A DNA stretch of 63,365 nucleotides, filler included, from Saprolegnia diclina VS20 (lineage: Eukaryota), in NCBI RefSeq assembly GCF_000281045.1. It is 5 parts of 2 records of this genome, joined end to end, with 100 filler letters (N's around TTAATTAATTAA, not from the genome) between each part and the next. Parts side by side here need not be neighbours in the genome. Positions count along the whole stretch, not along the records: positions 1 to 12,873 come from NW_008246126.1; positions 12,974 to 30,558 come from NW_008246126.1; 3 more parts are not named here. One strand, written 5' to 3'. The notes under the pieces were generated by a model. The model searched no databases. It had not been told where the DNA came from and saw only the letters and a program-made list of their open reading frames with translations. This document shows, in pieces, positions 12,398 through 24,401 of this stretch. Each line of letters opens with the position of its first letter. Position 1 is the first letter of the stretch. A program made the position numbers and the translations under genes.

Positions 12398-12759
12398 TGT
12401 GTTGCTGGTGAGAGGCAATTGTAGAAATGAAGCTAGATGTGTGAGGTCGGAGTCACGTGGTGGGAAGGTTCGAGCGTGGTTCTCGGGACACCGAGTGGTG
12501 GCCTCCAAATGGCGATTGCTCGAGAAAGCTCCCGGGGTCTGTCAGATGCATGATACACTGCGATCTTGTGTCGTTTGTGGTACACGGTACGCTGGCTGTT
12601 GTATGTGTCTCGGCGTCCCTCACAGCGTCAAGATGGACATGTAAAAGCCAGTCTGTCACCACGCGGTGTCCCGAGAACCACGCTCGAACCTTCCCACCAC
12701 ACGGCTCCGACCTCACACATCTAGCTTCATTTCTACAATTGCCTCTCACCAGCAACACA
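12398..12759. repeat. 103-bp inverted repeat (12398-12500 / 12657-12759) with 156-bp spacer
   Basis: The arms are reverse complements with 4 mismatches by eye. Each contains TCATTTC (INR) and GAACCTTC. Confidence 0.95.
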
Positions 12760-12785
12760 CAACAGCACCAACTACAATCATCATC

Positions 12786-12873
12786 ATGACGACCTCCAAG
12801 AAGTCCCGCACCACCGGCGTGCCCAAGTTCCTTCGCCACCTCTACTCCATCCTCACATCCGAAGACCCCAGCA
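12786..12873 (+). CDS. HSF-type DNA-binding protein, 5' end (right copy; truncated by contig end)
   Basis: MTTSKKSRTTGVPKFLRHLYSILTSEDPS matches helix 1 of the HSF DNA-binding domain (PxFLxxLYxIL..ED). Confidence 0.8.
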
Positions 12874-12973
12874 NNNNNNNNNNNNNNNNNNNNNNNNNNN
12901 NNNNNNNNNNNNNNNNNTTAATTAATTAANNNNNNNNNNNNNNNNNNNNNNNNNNNNNNNNNNNNNNNNNNNN
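12874..12973. other. Artificial contig-join linker
   Basis: N44-TTAATTAATTAA-N44, a six-frame stop spacer of exactly 100 nt. Confidence 0.97.
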
Positions 12974-13766
12974 ACCAAGTGTCTCGCCCACGATGTCACC
13001 AAACCTTATGCCGAAGCGGTTTTGCACGTCGGGTGGTCAGTTCATCCTCTCAGAATTCTACGGCGGGCTGTACGTCAACTTTGTGCAAGGCAACGCCAAC
13101 GAGTTGTTCGACTTCGACGCAAACAACAACTTCATCATCTCCAAGAGCGGCAACACCTGCCTGACACTCTTCACGGAGACTTCGACGCCGTACGTTCGTA
13201 CAGATCCGTGCACTGGAGGCGACGCGCAGCAGTGGTCGATCGCGGGCAATGTCATCAAGAGTCGTGCTGGCACCTTCGATTACTGCTTGACGTACGTGCC
13301 TAATCAAGCCGCCGTAGCTGTCGGAGTGGCACCGTGCACCGATAAACCCACGACGCCGCAGTACTTTGGCTCATGCGACCAATCGACGCCGCCGACGTCG
13401 GTGCGGCTTCGGTCGGGCGACAACTACCTCTCCGAGTATTTCACGGGCCTGTTCGCCAACACACTGAAGCGCAACCGCAACGAAGTCTTCCGCTACGACG
13501 CCAGCGCCAAGACGCTGCAAGTGCAGAGCAACATGGAGTGCCTCGACGTCTACCAGGACACGTCGCTCGCGTACCACCTCCACACGTACCCGTGCAACCT
13601 CAACAACGGCAACCAAAACTGGAACGTCACCGTGTCGGGCGCCAACCCGATTCAACACATCACGTACCTTACGCAGTGTCTGGTCGACAAGGGCGACAAG
13701 ACCGCTGGTGTAGCCCCGTGCGATTCTTCAAACCAAAAGCAGCTATGGACGGTCGAGGCTGCGTAG
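12974..13766 (+). CDS. Ricin-B (beta-trefoil) lectin-repeat protein, probably 5'-partial
   Basis: QxW repeats (DAQQW, GNQNW, QKQLW), CLD/CLT motifs, and two homologous units starting LSEFYGGLY / LSEYFTGLF. Confidence 0.85.
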
Positions 13767-13936
13767 TACCTTGCATGTATCAACTTGATAATTTTATCTT
13801 GTACGGTGCCTTTTTCACGCATGACGAGTACTCATTCGTCGACGGACCATCGCCGTAGCGCCACACAAGCCAAATTGCGGCCAGTTCCCAAGTCGGTGAT
13901 GGACGGATAGTACCGCTTCGAATGTATTCTGTATAC

Positions 13937-16900
13937 TTAGACCACGATGGGCGACGACGTCAGACGTGGCGCGTCTTCGTCCATAGCGCGGTGTCGGGTC
14001 GCAAAGCGCTCCCACACCACGGCGCCGACGCCGTGGCATGCGACGACCCCGAGAATCTCCCACCGAAACTCGGCGGGGATCGCAACCAGCTCGAATGCCC
14101 TACGCAATCAAACTGTGCAGTGGCCATGAACCAACGAGACTTCGTACGACAAGACAGTGGGCGCCGAGGTGAGCGTGAGCAGCACGAGCAGCAGCACCAT
14201 CCCCACAACGTACGCGAGGAACGGACGGTTGGCGCTCCACGCCGACTGTCGGAACGGGTCCTTGATGTTCATGGCGATGGCCAAGAGCACAAACGCCCAG
14301 TGGCCGTAGAGCCACAACACCGTGTTCTCGTACGACTGCCGCGTGTACCCGTCGTTGTCCGGTGCGACGTAGGTGAAGCACTGTGCTCGCATCCGCGTCT
14401 TGGCTTCGTCGACGGTGCAATACCACGGCTCGGCGACCAAAACGAGTCGTAGGAGTGTAAAGCACAGCACATACAGCACAACGTGACCGCCCAGGGACGC
14501 CACGATCGGACGCGCCTACGTTACGGTCCATGTCACCGACGCCGATATCACGATCGACGTACAAAGAGGGTTTCGGGTGGGCGGTGGCGGGTCAACACCC
14601 GCGACGGGCCTGTTTGTAGCATGAGCATCGAGAGGCCGAGCACGATCACCATATCGTCGAGTAAAAACTAGCTGCAAGTTAGAAACGACGGCAAGCGCAG
14701 TCGTCGCACCTGGTTGTTGCCCAGCGAAATCATCGACGCATACAGCGTCGACGTCAAGACGACTTGAACGACCGGGTACATGACCATGTACTTGAACGCA
14801 ACAAAGGACGTCGTGAGCGCACATCGCCCTTCTTGCACGAGCGTCACGACGTCCCCAATGTTCTTGTCTCGACTCGTAAACGGCGCGACTAATTCGACAT
14901 TTGACCGCGGAGCCGAGCATCGAAGCCGGTACCAATCGACGCTTCGGCGTCCGAGAGCGCAAGACCGACGTGGGCGGCCTTGAGGGCACCGCAGTCGTTG
15001 GTGCCGTCGCCACACATACCCACATGCTTTCTACGTCGCCGATGTACGATCATGAGCGGACAACCACGACCGTACCCGGCTCGAATCAATTGCTCGATAA
15101 TCCACGTCTTCTGGTCCGGACGGATGCGGGCAAAGATCTTGGTCTGCAGCACGATGGCGTGCACATCGGTCGGGGGCAGCGCCGACTGCAGCGCGAATAG
15201 AGCCGCCCCCGTGAGCTACGCAGCACAGTTGCAACACCTCGACAGGCGACGTGAGACGTACCGCGACATCGCCTCGCTCGAGGTGACTGGTCACGAATGG
15301 CGTCGGCGGGCGTCCGGGTGCACTCACATCGACGAGGACAACGCCATCGATGGCGTGAACGTCCTACGCGACATGCCGACGCGATGCAACGTGCCAAGAG
15401 CGTACCACCAGGTAGACGGGACGGACAAGCAACTGCAGTTTGCGCGACACTAGACACCGGTCGCATTTTGTGATGTACAGTCTTCACGGTACCGTGAATA
15501 GCCGTGAGCGCGTTATCCCCCGTGATCATGCGCACGTCGATGGCTGCCCGCTGGAGCGTCCGAACGACCTCGAACGCTTCGTCTTTGATCGGGTTCTACT
15601 CGAATAAACCAATGACACGTCAGTATGCGATGGTCGTACCCGAAAGAGGAGGAGTCCAAGCAAGTGCACGTCGGCTTCGACCGAGTCGCGCTGGGCGTCT
15701 GTGGGTACACCGTCCATGTCGCGGTAGGCGAGGGCGAGGCAGTAGTAGCCGTCGCGAGCATACTGGTCGACACTGGATTGAAACGTTGGCGGTAGTGACG
15801 CCGGTACGCAAACGGCGGCGACGGCTTCGGGCGAGCCCTACGTACACTGCAGTTGCCGTGGGTCAAGCGCACCGGTATACCTTGGTGAAGACCCGCAACT
15901 CATTGGTAGCCTTGTTTCGGACGACGACGCTGGACCGCTGGACGCTGGCATCAAATGCAAACTGCCGGAGGCGCTCGTAGAGGACACCGGTGGCGTCGCA
16001 CTGGATGTCGGTCGCCGACACCAGTCGGTGCCCGGACGCAACGAGCATTTCGCGCTCGAGCGGGCTCCCGGTGACGCCGTCGACCTGCCACGCGACACTG
16101 TGGCAGACCCCGAGCCCCGTGCGAAGCATCGGTGGCGCCATGGGTACGGGTTCGATACTGTCAACGGACGGACGCCGGTGCGCACTGCGCAGGCTGTCGA
16201 CACCATCAAACACCATTTCATCCGTGGTGAGCGTGCCGGTTTTGTCAAAGCAGTAGCAGTCGAGGTGGCCCGCGAGGTTGATGCGCGGTGCGTCGATGCA
16301 AAAGATGCGTTGGCGCTGCAGCCGCGTCAGCGAGAAGCCGACGCCGACCGTCAAAATGAGTGGCAACGCCGGCGGCACCGCGATCGTGATGAGATCGAGC
16401 GACGAGACGAGGATGCGCCACCAGACAACGCCGGCCGCCGCGCTACGCCAATCACAACATGAGTGACGCACGCACGTCATTCAGCGCACGCGTCGACAGC
16501 GTTTTGGATCCCGGCAAGAACCGCGACAAGAGTCAAACCGGCGAGGAACCGGTACGTATCGGCTTCGATCTGGAACTGAACCGGCTTGGGGCACACGATG
16601 GACCGAAAGAGCTCGCCTACGGCAGGTAGCAACACGTCTTTGTCAAGGCATGCACTACGCACCTTTGCTCGTTGAAAAACCCGTGGCCAAGACGAGTCCT
16701 TTGGCGTTCAGCGTGTGGCGCACGATACCGGCACCGGCGTGGAGCACCGACTCCTTCTTCGTCGCCACGAGGTTGGGTCCAAGCAGAACCGCGAGATCGG
16801 AGAGCGCTTGCTTCTGCACCGGGATCGCTAGACGCAGTCGTACGAGCCGTCGGTAGGACACATGACGTACCTTCGCCCGTGAGCGACGACTCGTCGACCG

Positions 16901-17850
16901 TGCAGTCGCCATGCAGGAGGACCATATCGGCAGGGACGACGCCCGTGTCGAGCAAGATGACATCTAGCATTAACGATATATACATCCAAACATCAAAGTG
17001 CAGTCGTTGTACCGCCGACCACGAGGGCGTCGGCGGGAACGCCGGTGACGTCACCGTCACGGACAACACGGACGACCGCGTCGTTGTGCACGAGTGCTTG
17101 GAGCTTGCGCATGTTGCTGATCTGTGTTGCGACTTCGTATGCGATCGAGCCGAGACTCATCAGGAGAATGAGAATCGCGTATGTATAGTACATTTCGATC
17201 AGCCAGAGCACCACCGAGACGCCTTGGAAGACGTAGAACGGGTGCAGCATCTTTTGAAGGAGGACGCGCTCGACTGGGAGCACGCCGAGGTCCATGCCGT
17301 TGGCGCCAAACGTCTGGCGAAGCGTCGCGACGCTGTCGTCGCCCCAGCCTCGGGACAGGCGGCTTAGCGCGGTCGCCACTGGCAGCTGCTCGATCGACGC
17401 GCTGAGGCGATGAAACTCGCGCAGATCCTTGTCGTACAGATACCGGTTCTTTCGATACTCGAACGAGACGCTGCCGTCGGGCGCCACGCGCAGTGGCACA
17501 AGGTCGTACGTCCCGGGACAGGCTTCGGCTTCGAGGAGCACCGAGTCGGCAGCGACAAAGTCGCTCGCCGTGGACGCGAGACTGAGCTTGGTCGCTGCAT
17601 ACAACCACGGCCACCAGTGCGCGAGCAGCGGCAAGATACCAAAGGTCGCGACGCTGGCCAAATAGTAGACAAATGCCTTGATGACGCGTGGGCAGTAGTG
17701 TCGGATCGACCGGTACTCGGGCGGCAAGTAGAGAAGACGCATGGCGCTGCCGTCTGGTAGTTGCAAGAGGCCATGGTCGCGGGCGCTGTCGTCCGAGGCC
17801 ATGAGGTGCTGCACCTCCTCTGGTCGGCTCGGCGTCGGTCGGCTGGGCAT
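13937..17850 (-). CDS. P5B-type P-type ATPase (ATP13A-like), about 14 introns
   Basis: Spliced reconstruction gives PPALP, DKTGTLT, TGE(A), KGSPE, TGDN, GDGTND and C-terminal TM helices. PPALP is the P5B signature. Confidence 0.92.
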
Positions 17851-18004
17851 ATCTCGCCCACGAGCTCGCGTGTGATTGGCTGCTTTTTGAAGGGTTGCGT
17901 GGGTTTATTCGTGGCATGTGCCACTTTAAAGGGGAAAGATCGAGCTCCTCGACCTGGCGCTCAGCACGTAACGTGCAACAAACCATTCTTCCCACCCCCG
18001 TGTT

Positions 18005-18050
18005 CGCACCTTGGTGTATACTGCGTACGCACCTTGGTGTATACTGCGTA
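18005..18050. repeat. Perfect 23-bp tandem duplication
   Basis: cgcaccttggtgtatactgcgta x2, upstream of the ATPase. Confidence 0.95.
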
Positions 18051-19748
18051 CGTCTACAAGGATTATATATACATCGAGTACTAGGCTAGAAGATTGCAGT
18101 GTATTCGCGGGCCTAGGCACTGTTTATAGACGCTTCAAGGACGCGGCCCAAGCAATGTGTGGCCCACGCAGCTATGTACTGGTATGTATGCCACAATATT
18201 GAGCCGCCACGTAGCTCTACACTTGGCGGTCACCCGCAGGGCAAGCGTAGAAAGGTGCTGCTGTCTCCACCGTCCAATCGGCCAGGTTCGAAAAACCGTG
18301 TTCTATTTTTAGAAATTTCGAACCCGAACGGACGGCTGGCAGCGTCTGGGCTCGATGGCACATTCCGCGCTGGTACCGGTATTGGGACTGAATCCAGCGC
18401 CAGCACTTGCACGCTTCTCTCGATCGCGTTGACGCAACACGGTGGCTACCTGGCAGTCGTACCTTTCCCCAGGTTCGAGAATCAAGCCACAAGGACGGCG
18501 CTGTTTCTATCGCATCGATGCTGATGCAGTGACCATGTAGCGCAATCGCGAACACACGATTAGCGCTGCTGTCGCCTCGACACTAATATTGACTTGGCTA
18601 TGCACGACGACCTCGCCTTTCTGGGCCATTGACACCTTGGACGGTATACACGTCCTTTTGAATAACCAGCGTGGACCAGTCGACTCGGCTGTCGTCCTTA
18701 TCTCCCAACTCGGTCATCGAACGTTACTGCTCTTGTAAATACAGCAAGGCCTTGCATGTAGCGAAGTATGCCCCTACCAGTCACCCCACAAAAGAAGCGC
18801 AAAAGCCGCACAGACGACGCTTGAAGCCACCAAGAACATTCCTGCGAGGATATGAGCCGCGCGCCAAGCCCATGATCATCATTGTTGACACGACACGAGA
18901 CATGCGTCCGAACGCGGAGCCGTGCACTCTGCCGTGCACCGAGAGCAAGAGAAAAGAAGCCTATAGACTGAGAAACACGAGGCAGTAGATCGACGGCGTC
19001 GGCGCGTGACCGCCGGTATCGGTGTGCGTCCGACGTCGGCCTGCCCATCGTGTGCAAGGTGCACTCGAAACTCGGGACGAAAATCCAGTGATCACTTGGC
19101 AGGCGTATGTCACGCCACCAGCTGGGTTACACGATGGCTTTCGAGGCCGACTCGGCAGAACAAGCGCGGGCACAACAAAGATTCAAAAAAGATCTTAACG
19201 TTCAGTTCACTTGGATTTCTTCGAAATCGAATGCCATCGACTTGACCGCCCCCACGGTGCGCGGCTACTTTGCATGACTGCGTGCGCTATGAACTTTGGT
19301 TTAAAAAGAGTTGCCAACCGTACGATTGTGGGCACCCAGGGACGCCAGGATCAGGCAGGAGCCCGTCGGTATTCCTGTTGTCAAGGGGTAATCATAGCGA
19401 CGCGCCGCACGGGTCTCGTCATCCATCGAACGTATTGGGAGCGCACACTTTCTTGTTGGACGCACGTGCTCGTTTTGCGCCTGACGGATATCTTGCCACA
19501 TGCCGTTAAGTACCTTTTGGAATGACGCTACGTCTTTGGCCACCCGGATTCGGGTTTTAGGGGACCCTCGAAATACGTTTCTATATAGCAAAAAACATTC
19601 GTTTTAGTAGGTCCTCTCAAATCTTCGACATCCGGATACGATGTACGTGGCACCTGCGACAGCGCGCTGATGCGTCAACGGGCGCCCCTGTTGCGTCAAC
19701 AACTTATATTTCGGCGGGCCCGACCTTACCAGATCCAAATCGACCAGC

Positions 19749-21182
19749 ATGGACACAGCAGCCGCGCTCGTCTCGTCTCTGCCACTGCCGCTGACCATGG
19801 ACGCCACCTCGCTCTTCCAGTGGGTCGTGCTGCTGGCAGCCATCGCCATCACCTTTCTCCATGTGGCCCGGTCGCGCCAGGCCGCGCCGACGCTCAAGGG
19901 TCGCCTGAAGCGTCGCATGTCGACGCTCGGCTGGGCGACCAAGGAGAGCGAGACCGACTCAAACCGGTCGATTCCGCTCACGATCACAGTCCTCGACGGG
20001 ATCGTTGCCCGGGAGACGCTCGTCGCCCACTTCCAGGAGCGCATGAGCTCGGACAAGGCGTTCTTTTACCGCTTCATCTCGCGTGTCGAGGACGGCAACT
20101 TTGTCGTCGACCCCACGTTTGACGCCGACCACCACTTTGTCGAGCACGTCCTTGTCGACAACGAGACGCCGCACGACGTGGCCGAGTCGCTCGCCAACAA
20201 GGAGCTCGACCCGTCGCTGCCGCTCTGGGCCATCACGGTGCTGCACCAAAACGACCAGACGTGGCTCGTCTGGCGCATCCACCATTGCATTGGCGACGGT
20301 GCGTCGCTCGCGCTCGCGCTCTTCAAGCTCAGCGACGCCACCGAGATGCCAGCCCTCCCGACCGTCGCCGCGCCCACGACCAAGCCGCCGCGCACGCCCT
20401 TCTACGTCGTGCTCGCATCGATTCTCTGGTCGACGTTTCTCTATGTGCGCAAGTTTGCCAACATGGTCCTCTTCCCGGAACCGCGAACTGTCCTCAAGCA
20501 GACGGGCCATACGCACAAGCGGCTCGGCTATACGCTGGCCTTTTCGATCGCCGACACGAAAGCCGTCGGGAAGCACTTCAAGGCGACGCTCAACGACGTG
20601 CTCGTCTCGTGCATTGCCGGCGCGCTGCGCAAGACGATCGAAGCCGAGTCGAATGCGCCGGTCACACCGTCGCTCTCGCTGCGCGCTGCGATCCCGGTCA
20701 ACATGCGCGGCCTCCGCGCGATCGACGCCACGTCCAACGACTTTAGCTCGCTCATAGTCGACTTGCCGATCGGAGAAGCCAACCCGTCGACGCGCATGAC
20801 GCTTGTGGCGCGGCGTCTCGCCGAAGCCAAGTTTTCGCTCGAGAAGAACTTTACGCGCCTTGTGAGCCTCTTTATTATGAATTTGCCCCGCGACCTCATG
20901 CGCCACGGCGTGCACTGGTCGGCCTCGAACGTGTCGATCGCGATCACGAACGTCCGTGGGCCGCCGATGGACATTTTCTTTTGCAGCAAGCGCGTCTCGG
21001 CCTCGTATGCGTTCGTACCGCCGCCGCCGAGTGTCAACGTTGGCGTCGCGATCACGTCGTGGGGCGCGTCGCTCGGCGTCACGGTCCTCATGGACACGTC
21101 GATCAAGCAAACGCCGACCGCCTTTATTGCTGGCATCGAAGCCGAGTTTCAAGCGCTGCGCGCGAGCCTCAAGCTCGATTAA
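19749..21182 (+). CDS. Wax ester synthase/diacylglycerol acyltransferase (WS/DGAT), intronless
   Basis: HHCIGDG (HHxxxDG) active site, PLW, ATLNDV, PVNMR and TNVRGP motifs, plus an N-terminal TM helix. Confidence 0.92.
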   Translation: MDTAAALVSSLPLPLTMDATSLFQWVVLLAAIAITFLHVARSRQAAPTLKGRLKRRMSTLGWATKESETDSNRSIPLTITVLDGIVARETLVAHFQERMSSDKAFFYRFISRVEDGNFVVDPTFDADHHFVEHVLVDNETPHDVAESLANKELDPSLPLWAITVLHQNDQTWLVWRIHHCIGDGASLALALFKLSDATEMPALPTVAAPTTKPPRTPFYVVLASILWSTFLYVRKFANMVLFPEPRTVLKQTGHTHKRLGYTLAFSIADTKAVGKHFKATLNDVLVSCIAGALRKTIEAESNAPVTPSLSLRAAIPVNMRGLRAIDATSNDFSSLIVDLPIGEANPSTRMTLVARRLAEAKFSLEKNFTRLVSLFIMNLPRDLMRHGVHWSASNVSIAITNVRGPPMDIFFCSKRVSASYAFVPPPPSVNVGVAITSWGASLGVTVLMDTSIKQTPTAFIAGIEAEFQALRASLKLD

Positions 21183-21328
21183 ATTTGAATATGCGACCAT
21201 TACTTTATTTCAACACGATGCCACCTGGTATAGTAAAACTTTGATTTGTGTCAGTGAGATTCGTGTTGTGGACGATCGGAGCAGGTGATCGCTCGCATCG
21301 GTACTTGTGTGGTACGCGAATCCGGTAA

Positions 21329-21382
21329 CTATCAATCTATCAAGATATATCAATCAATCCATCTATCTAATCTATCTATGTA
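21329..21382. repeat. Imperfect (ATCT/ATCA)n microsatellite
   Basis: ctatcaatctatcaagatatatcaatcaatccatctatctaatctatctatg. Confidence 0.8.
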
Positions 21383-21389
21383 TGAACGT

Positions 21390-21845
21390 GTGTCGAGCGT
21401 CGATGCCGCCACCGACGCACACGTGATCGCGTCACTTGGTGGTCCCTGCACCGCGAGGATCGAAAAGAGCAGACACTGCGACGCAAAGAGAAGCTCAATC
21501 GTCGCTCTCGTGGTCGTGAGGAGCGTCTTGAGCAGTGCGACGTACGGCTGCAGCTTCGGATCGGCGCCTTGGCCGTAGCGATGGTCGATGCCACTGATGC
21601 CCTCCATCTGCAGCCAGACTAATCGAGAGCAGCAGCCCGAGGATATCGTTGGCGAATGTAGCGAGCAGCGACGATGTCGACGTCGCCGGCGACGTGACTT
21701 CATGCAAAGAGATTGCCGCCGATGGCGATCCGCTTGTTCGGTCGCATGAACGCTCCGACAATGACCAAAAATCGTAGAGTGGACGGATATCGGTGGTGCC
21801 ACCCAAGTGCTTCGTTGCTCTCGTCCAGTCAAAAGTCGTCGATAA
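21390..21845 (-). pseudogene. Inverted degenerate fragment paralogous to about 22965-23425 of the adjacent gene
   Basis: FDWTRATKHLGG vs FDWTSTTKHLGG, and FASQCLLFSILAVQGPPSDAITCASVAAST vs FATQCLLVSILAVQGPSSNAITCASVAAST. The fragment is frameshifted. Confidence 0.85.
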
Positions 21846-22077
21846 ATTAGTCGCGCCGCCTGCGCCGTGGCGGCCAGCCGCCCGGCATCCTCTACGGCGA
21901 ACGCTCGACCGGCGAGAAGACCAAGGATAATATTTGCATTTTTCCAGCCAATCCGAGCCGACCGCCTTGTTGGAGTCCTTCAATTTGAGGACATGCTCTG
22001 AAACAGGCCAAAACGCCCTTGTTCTAGGGCCATCTTCGGCGGGGGATCCCATTTTTTGCGTGCCACACAGAAGCAGC

Positions 22078-24401
22078 ATGAGCAGCCGATGGCACCAGTA
22101 CAAGGCTGCGACCGACGCCGTCGTCAGTTGGCTCCAGCGCGCGACGGCAACCAAGGCAACGAAAGCGACGGCGACGGCCACGTCCGGGGCGACGACCACG
22201 AAAAGCATCTGGGCCGCCGCGGTTGCCGTGGCCGAGATGGGACTACCCGTGCCAGCGCACATCTGGACGGAGCTCGCGACGTGTATTCGCTTGCGCTGGA
22301 TGGCGACGCGGTCGCTGCCGCCCGATGCCGGCCACATGTACTTCCTCTTCTTGCTTCGAGCAGTTCGGTCCAAGCTTGCACCGCTGCGACCGACTGCAAC
22401 ACGGCGCAAGCCAGCAACAAGCAGCGGTCTCTCGAACGCATTTGCGGCGCTTGCCGTCGACGATGACAACGATGACGACGGCGACATGCCGCCATTCGAT
22501 GCCTCGGCATACACGCCGCCACCGCACGAGGATCCGCGCATGGCGCAACTTCAAGCCGACCAATTCCGGACCATGTGCTTCGTCTTGGACATGGACGAGC
22601 TCATGGGCGAGGTGCGTGCTGTCTGGGCGGCCTTCAAGCAAGGCGAGACGACGCTCGTGGCCGCGGCCGCCGTCACCAACCACAGCGTCCGCGTCGTCGA
22701 GTCGCTCGCGTCCGAGCTCAGCTTGGAGCTTCCGTACCTCCAGACGCTCGGCGAGATCGACATTCTTCTTGGCCAGTCGATGTTGTTCCACCGCCTCGTG
22801 CGCTGCACCGATCTCTCACTTGGCGACGCCGTCGAGCGCTGCTTCAAGATGCGATGGGCCCCCGCCGACGACACGCTCGATGCACTCGTCGTGGACACGA
22901 TTCGTCTCTTCAAGCTATCGCCCAAGGTTGGTACGATCCCCGCGCTTCGCCGACTGGCGACCCCGCGATTCGACTGGACATCGACCACCAAGCACCTCGG
23001 CGGCGGCAGCAACCTCGACCAACTCTACATTCTTATGGCGACCGTCGCGACCATGCTGCGCAACCGACAGCAGATGGAAGCCGATGTCGTCTTCCAGTGG
23101 GACGAGGCGACGGCGCCGGCGCCATGCATTAGTGCGCTGCACGGCACGCTGATCAACGACATCCTCGTGCCTCTGCTCTCGGTGCTCACGCAGCGCCCGT
23201 CGAAGAACGACGACAGCTTTCGCACGAGCGACGACTTTCGGTTCACCAAAGGCATCACCGCGACGCTGCAGCCGTACATGACCCTTGTGAACGGCCTCGC
23301 CAAGAACACGGTGGCGACGACCGAGCTCGTCTTTGCGACGCAGTGCCTGCTCGTCTCGATCCTCGCAGTCCAAGGCCCATCAAGCAACGCGATCACGTGT
23401 GCGTCGGTCGCAGCGTCGACCATTCGAGCGCTCAAGGCAGCGTACCGGCACGTTTTAGCTGCCATGCAGCGGCCCGACATTGCGCCCAATAATGTCGACT
23501 GGCTGCAAACCCAAGCCGGCGCGCTCCGGTTCTCGCTCTGGGCCGCGACAAGCAACGCCGACGCGACGCCCGAGGTCCGTCTCCGCACGTGGCTCAACCC
23601 GTGGATGGCGGGCCAGCGACTGCTGGAGAGTGCGCTCTCGGTTCACTTTGTGCTCGGCATCCAGATCATGGACGACATGAAGCCGTCGGTCATCTTGCTG
23701 CATACGTACAACGCCTTGCGCATCACTGGTGACGTGGCCCCGATCGCATTGCTCGACGATATCTCGGACCTCTACGCCCGCGGGTCCCAGATCTGGGTCG
23801 GCAGTCGCCCGAGCAAGCGCGGTGGCTTGGTCAAGGCACTTGGGCTCTCGATCGGGTCGACGTCGATCCACGCGTTTACCGCGAGCGAATTGGTGACGCC
23901 GGACGAGAAGGTGGCCAAGCGGCAGTACCACGACCGCAAGGACCGTCGCAGCAAGCTGCAAAAGGTGCACGGCGTGACGACTGCTCGCGCCGTCCAACGG
24001 ACGACTTGCTACATGGCGCTTAGTCGGTCGTGGTGACTGCTCTTTAGCACCGAAAAACCGATTGATCTCGGTGATCTACGGCGGACGCTGGACACCGAGT
24101 GGCACAGCATTCTGCACCTCAACCTCGTGGGCGTCAGCAACGTCTTTGACAAGATGTGGGCCTCGCTCGAGCCGCGTCTGCACGCCTTGGAGGACCAAGC
24201 CAAGGTGGCGGCGCCATCGAAGACGGTCGAGTTTCCGTCGGTCGCTGCCGAAGACACGCAAGTCGGCATTGTGCTCGTGCTGCTGCGCATGATCGATGTC
24301 GCGACCGAGACGGACTCGATCGAGCGCGTCTTTATCGACGTCTTTTCGACGATGCTCACCGAGATGGCACCCATGCTTGACGAGGCGGTCACGCTCCCCT
24401 A
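22078..24401 (+). CDS. DUF6604-like protein (3' end in gap; in-frame TGA at 24034-24036)
   Basis: The N-terminus QYKAATDAVVSWL...IRLR...HMYFL...NAFAAL resembles the mainly fungal DUF6604. The same frame resumes after the TGA and runs to the gap. Confidence 0.65.

Noticed and set aside
18240..18490. GGTTCGA T-loop-like motifs (also about 38345) as tRNAs
   Set aside because: No cloverleaf stems or A-box could be formed around them.
19959..21200. Long antisense ORFs over WS/DGAT (likewise 49329-50477 and many within TOR)
   Set aside because: Expected from GC3-rich codon usage. They carry no independent motifs.
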